Source: Entomortierella parvispora E1425
Lineage: Eukaryota; Fungi; Mortierellomycota
Length of the DNA: 64,000 nt
Assembly (NCBI GenBank): GCA_020891255.1
Contig: BQFW01000015.1
Coordinates: 930,001 to 994,000 of the forward strand
Reading direction: 5' to 3'
In this document: one piece after another, positions 62,587-64,000 of the stretch
Layout: every line of letters begins with the position of its first letter
Position numbering within the stretch: the first letter of the stretch is position 1
Made by a program: the position numbers and the translations under genes
Notes under the pieces: model-generated
Database searches by the model: none
Told to the model about the DNA's origin: nothing
What the model saw: the letters and a program-made list of their open reading frames with translations, nothing else

Positions 62587-62603
62587 GTGACCCCGGATCC
62601 CGG
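62587..62603. repeat. Target-site duplication, right copy: GTGACCCCGGATCCCGG
   Basis: Abuts the truncated 5' end of the long copy. Confidence 0.9.
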
Positions 62604-62640
62604 TGCCAGTGGTGCCGCTACTGTGTCCTCTTCACAGGAA

Positions 62641-62650
62641 GTCACGTGAT
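62641..62650. promoter_or_regulatory. E-box/Cbf1-type palindrome GTCACGTGAT upstream of tRNA-Gly
   Basis: Same 10-mer occurs upstream of tRNA-Val; function unproven. Confidence 0.4.
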
Positions 62651-62699
62651 ATAATGGGATCTTAAATGTTTGGAATAAAGTTATTTCCATCTTGATCAA

Positions 62700-62770
62700 G
62701 AAAGTGTAGTATATGGGTATCATTCCGGCCTTCCAAGCCTGAGAACCGGGTTCGAGTCCCGGCACTTTCA
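62700..62770 (+). tRNA. tRNA-Gly(TCC)
   Basis: Acceptor GAAAGTG/CACTTTC, anticodon arm CCGGC-CTTCCAA-GCCTG, T-arm CCGGG-TTCGAGT-CCCGG; T-runs follow at 62773-62793. Confidence 0.9.
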
Positions 62771-62908
62771 TATTTTAGTACCTTTTCTTTTTTGTCACTA
62801 CGTTGAGTCTAACCGCCGAATCACACATGAAGCATGAGGCTGCCGGCATTGCCCTCATGTGCTGCAACAGCAATCTTACGGTAGGGCTGACAAGGCTGAT
62901 GGAAAATG

Positions 62909-63175
62909 TTTTTTTTTTTTTGGGTTTATCTATTTGAGGCCTTGATCGAAGCGCAGTGTAACACTCCTTGGTAGGCAGTGACGACCGACTGAGCCGATGC
63001 CAACGGGGCTGGTGCCAACGGGCTGGTGATCTGTCCCCTCACAGGAGGTCAGGTCGTTGGCGAGTCATGGAAGGCAGAGTACAATGATGTCCACAAAGCC
63101 GTGTCCGATGGCTGGTACCATGGAGGCGGTTTCGGGCGGCAACTTCGGGTTTGCGGGCTTGTTGCGAACGAGGTG
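62909..63175 (-). mobile_element. Decayed internal fragment of the same non-LTR family, preceded by a 13-nt polyT
   Basis: 62934-63175 aligns by eye with ~57915-58140 (e.g. gtgtccgatgg(c/t)tggtaccat, gcgggcttgttg). Confidence 0.78.
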
Positions 63176-63182
63176 GAGCTCA

Positions 63183-63270
63183 CTATCTGACAACCCAGGT
63201 TTCCATGCAATTTTCCAAAGTGTGACTGGTGGGTTGTCAAACAAAACGAACAACCTGGGTTGTCAAATAG
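63183..63270. repeat. 88-bp element with 17-bp inverted ends (MITE-like/hairpin)
   Basis: ctatctgacaacccagg ... cctgggttgtcaaatag (1 mismatch). Confidence 0.65.
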
Positions 63271-63278
63271 ATAAATCC

Positions 63279-63445
63279 TTTTTTTTTTGCTATGTCGAGC
63301 CAAAGAAGGATCCCTGCACACTAAACATTTTACTCTTCTTTATTACACGGCTACGAGTCGGGGCATTTGCTGTTGATAAATGAACCCGGCACAAATACCG
63401 TCTGTCACCTTGGGATCGTCTTCGGCGCCAGGACAAAGGCCGGAG
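63279..63445 (-). mobile_element. Decayed 3' end of the same non-LTR family with an internal inversion
   Basis: PolyT + gctatgtcgagccaaagaag identical to the 3' UTR; 63324-63372 is the reverse complement of UTR sequence; ORF-end similarity to ~63441. Confidence 0.8.
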
Positions 63446-63477
63446 TGAAGTTTGCCTGTTTAACGTACAAAAATGAT

Positions 63478-63517
63478 GACACGTGATATTCACGTACGAT
63501 TATAGTAGTCACGTGAT
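63478..63517. promoter_or_regulatory. Two CACGTG E-boxes (gacacgtgat, gtcacgtgat) upstream of tRNA-Val
   Basis: At 63478-63487 and 63508-63517. Confidence 0.4.
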
Positions 63518-63587
63518 CATAGCTAAATATCAATAAATTCCTGAACCAATCAGCATCCGAGACCTGGCCAATAGGCTTCGTTTCTAG

Positions 63588-63660
63588 GCTTTAGTAGTGT
63601 AGTGGTTATCACATCTGTCTCACTAACAGAAGGTCCCAGGTTCGAAACCTGGCTAAAGCA
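63588..63660 (+). tRNA. tRNA-Val(CAC)
   Basis: Acceptor GCTTTAG/CTAAAGC, D-arm with AGTGG, anticodon arm TCTGT-CTCACTA-ACAGA, T-arm CCAGG-TTCGAAA-CCTGG. Confidence 0.88.
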
Positions 63661-63663
63661 TAC

Positions 63664-63668
63664 TTTTT
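63664..63668 (+). terminator. Pol III oligo-T terminator of tRNA-Val
   Basis: T5 four nt after the discriminator base. Confidence 0.7.
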
Positions 63669-64000
63669 ACCTTTTGTCCACGAAATCTTGGTTTTCCTTT
63701 TTGGGCGTCTCGTATCCGCCGACCATTACCGCCGACCCCTCTCTAAACCACCGAGGAGCTTCTTGTCTCTCATCCACCGACCTAACTATTGCCGTATCCG
63801 CGGACTTGTCTTCATCTTATCTGCCGACGATCCCTTCCTTAATCGTCGACCTAACCAAAGTGCTTTTGTTCATGTCAACGAAAAAAAAATCTAGATCAGT
63901 GTCTTGTAGACCGGCGGTGTCATTCTCACCAACCGCTGTCCTTTCGAGCAGCCGGTCACCAACGGCAGAAGTTTCAAAGACTCAGTTGGCTACGCTACAA

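Overview
Intron-rich fungal genomic DNA; gene content and GT-AG/CTAAC intron style suggest Mortierellaceae (inference). Positions 1-55.6 kb hold about 25 protein genes. Recognisable ones: two secreted GH5 endoglycoceramidase-like + ricin-lectin paralogs, a type-B carboxylesterase, NSE1, Cnl2/Nkp2-like, PTRHD1, HPC2/ubinuclein, PET117, stomatin, TAF14, ATG5, a C1orf109-like protein, ATG4, a prion-like low-complexity protein, an UNC93-like MFS, a p24 protein, a bacterial DusA-type dihydrouridine synthase and a 3xKH RNA-binding protein. Several decayed genes are interspersed. The most striking structure is at 56.7-63.7 kb: four copies of one RT+RNase H non-LTR retrotransposon family, all on the minus strand, stacked upstream of two plus-strand tRNA genes (Gly-TCC, Val-CAC) with their truncated 5' ends facing the tRNAs. 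The youngest copy has a 17-bp target-site duplication, 13-14 nt of which also occur in the element's own 3' UTR. Exon boundaries and family calls were made by eye; no database searches were run.
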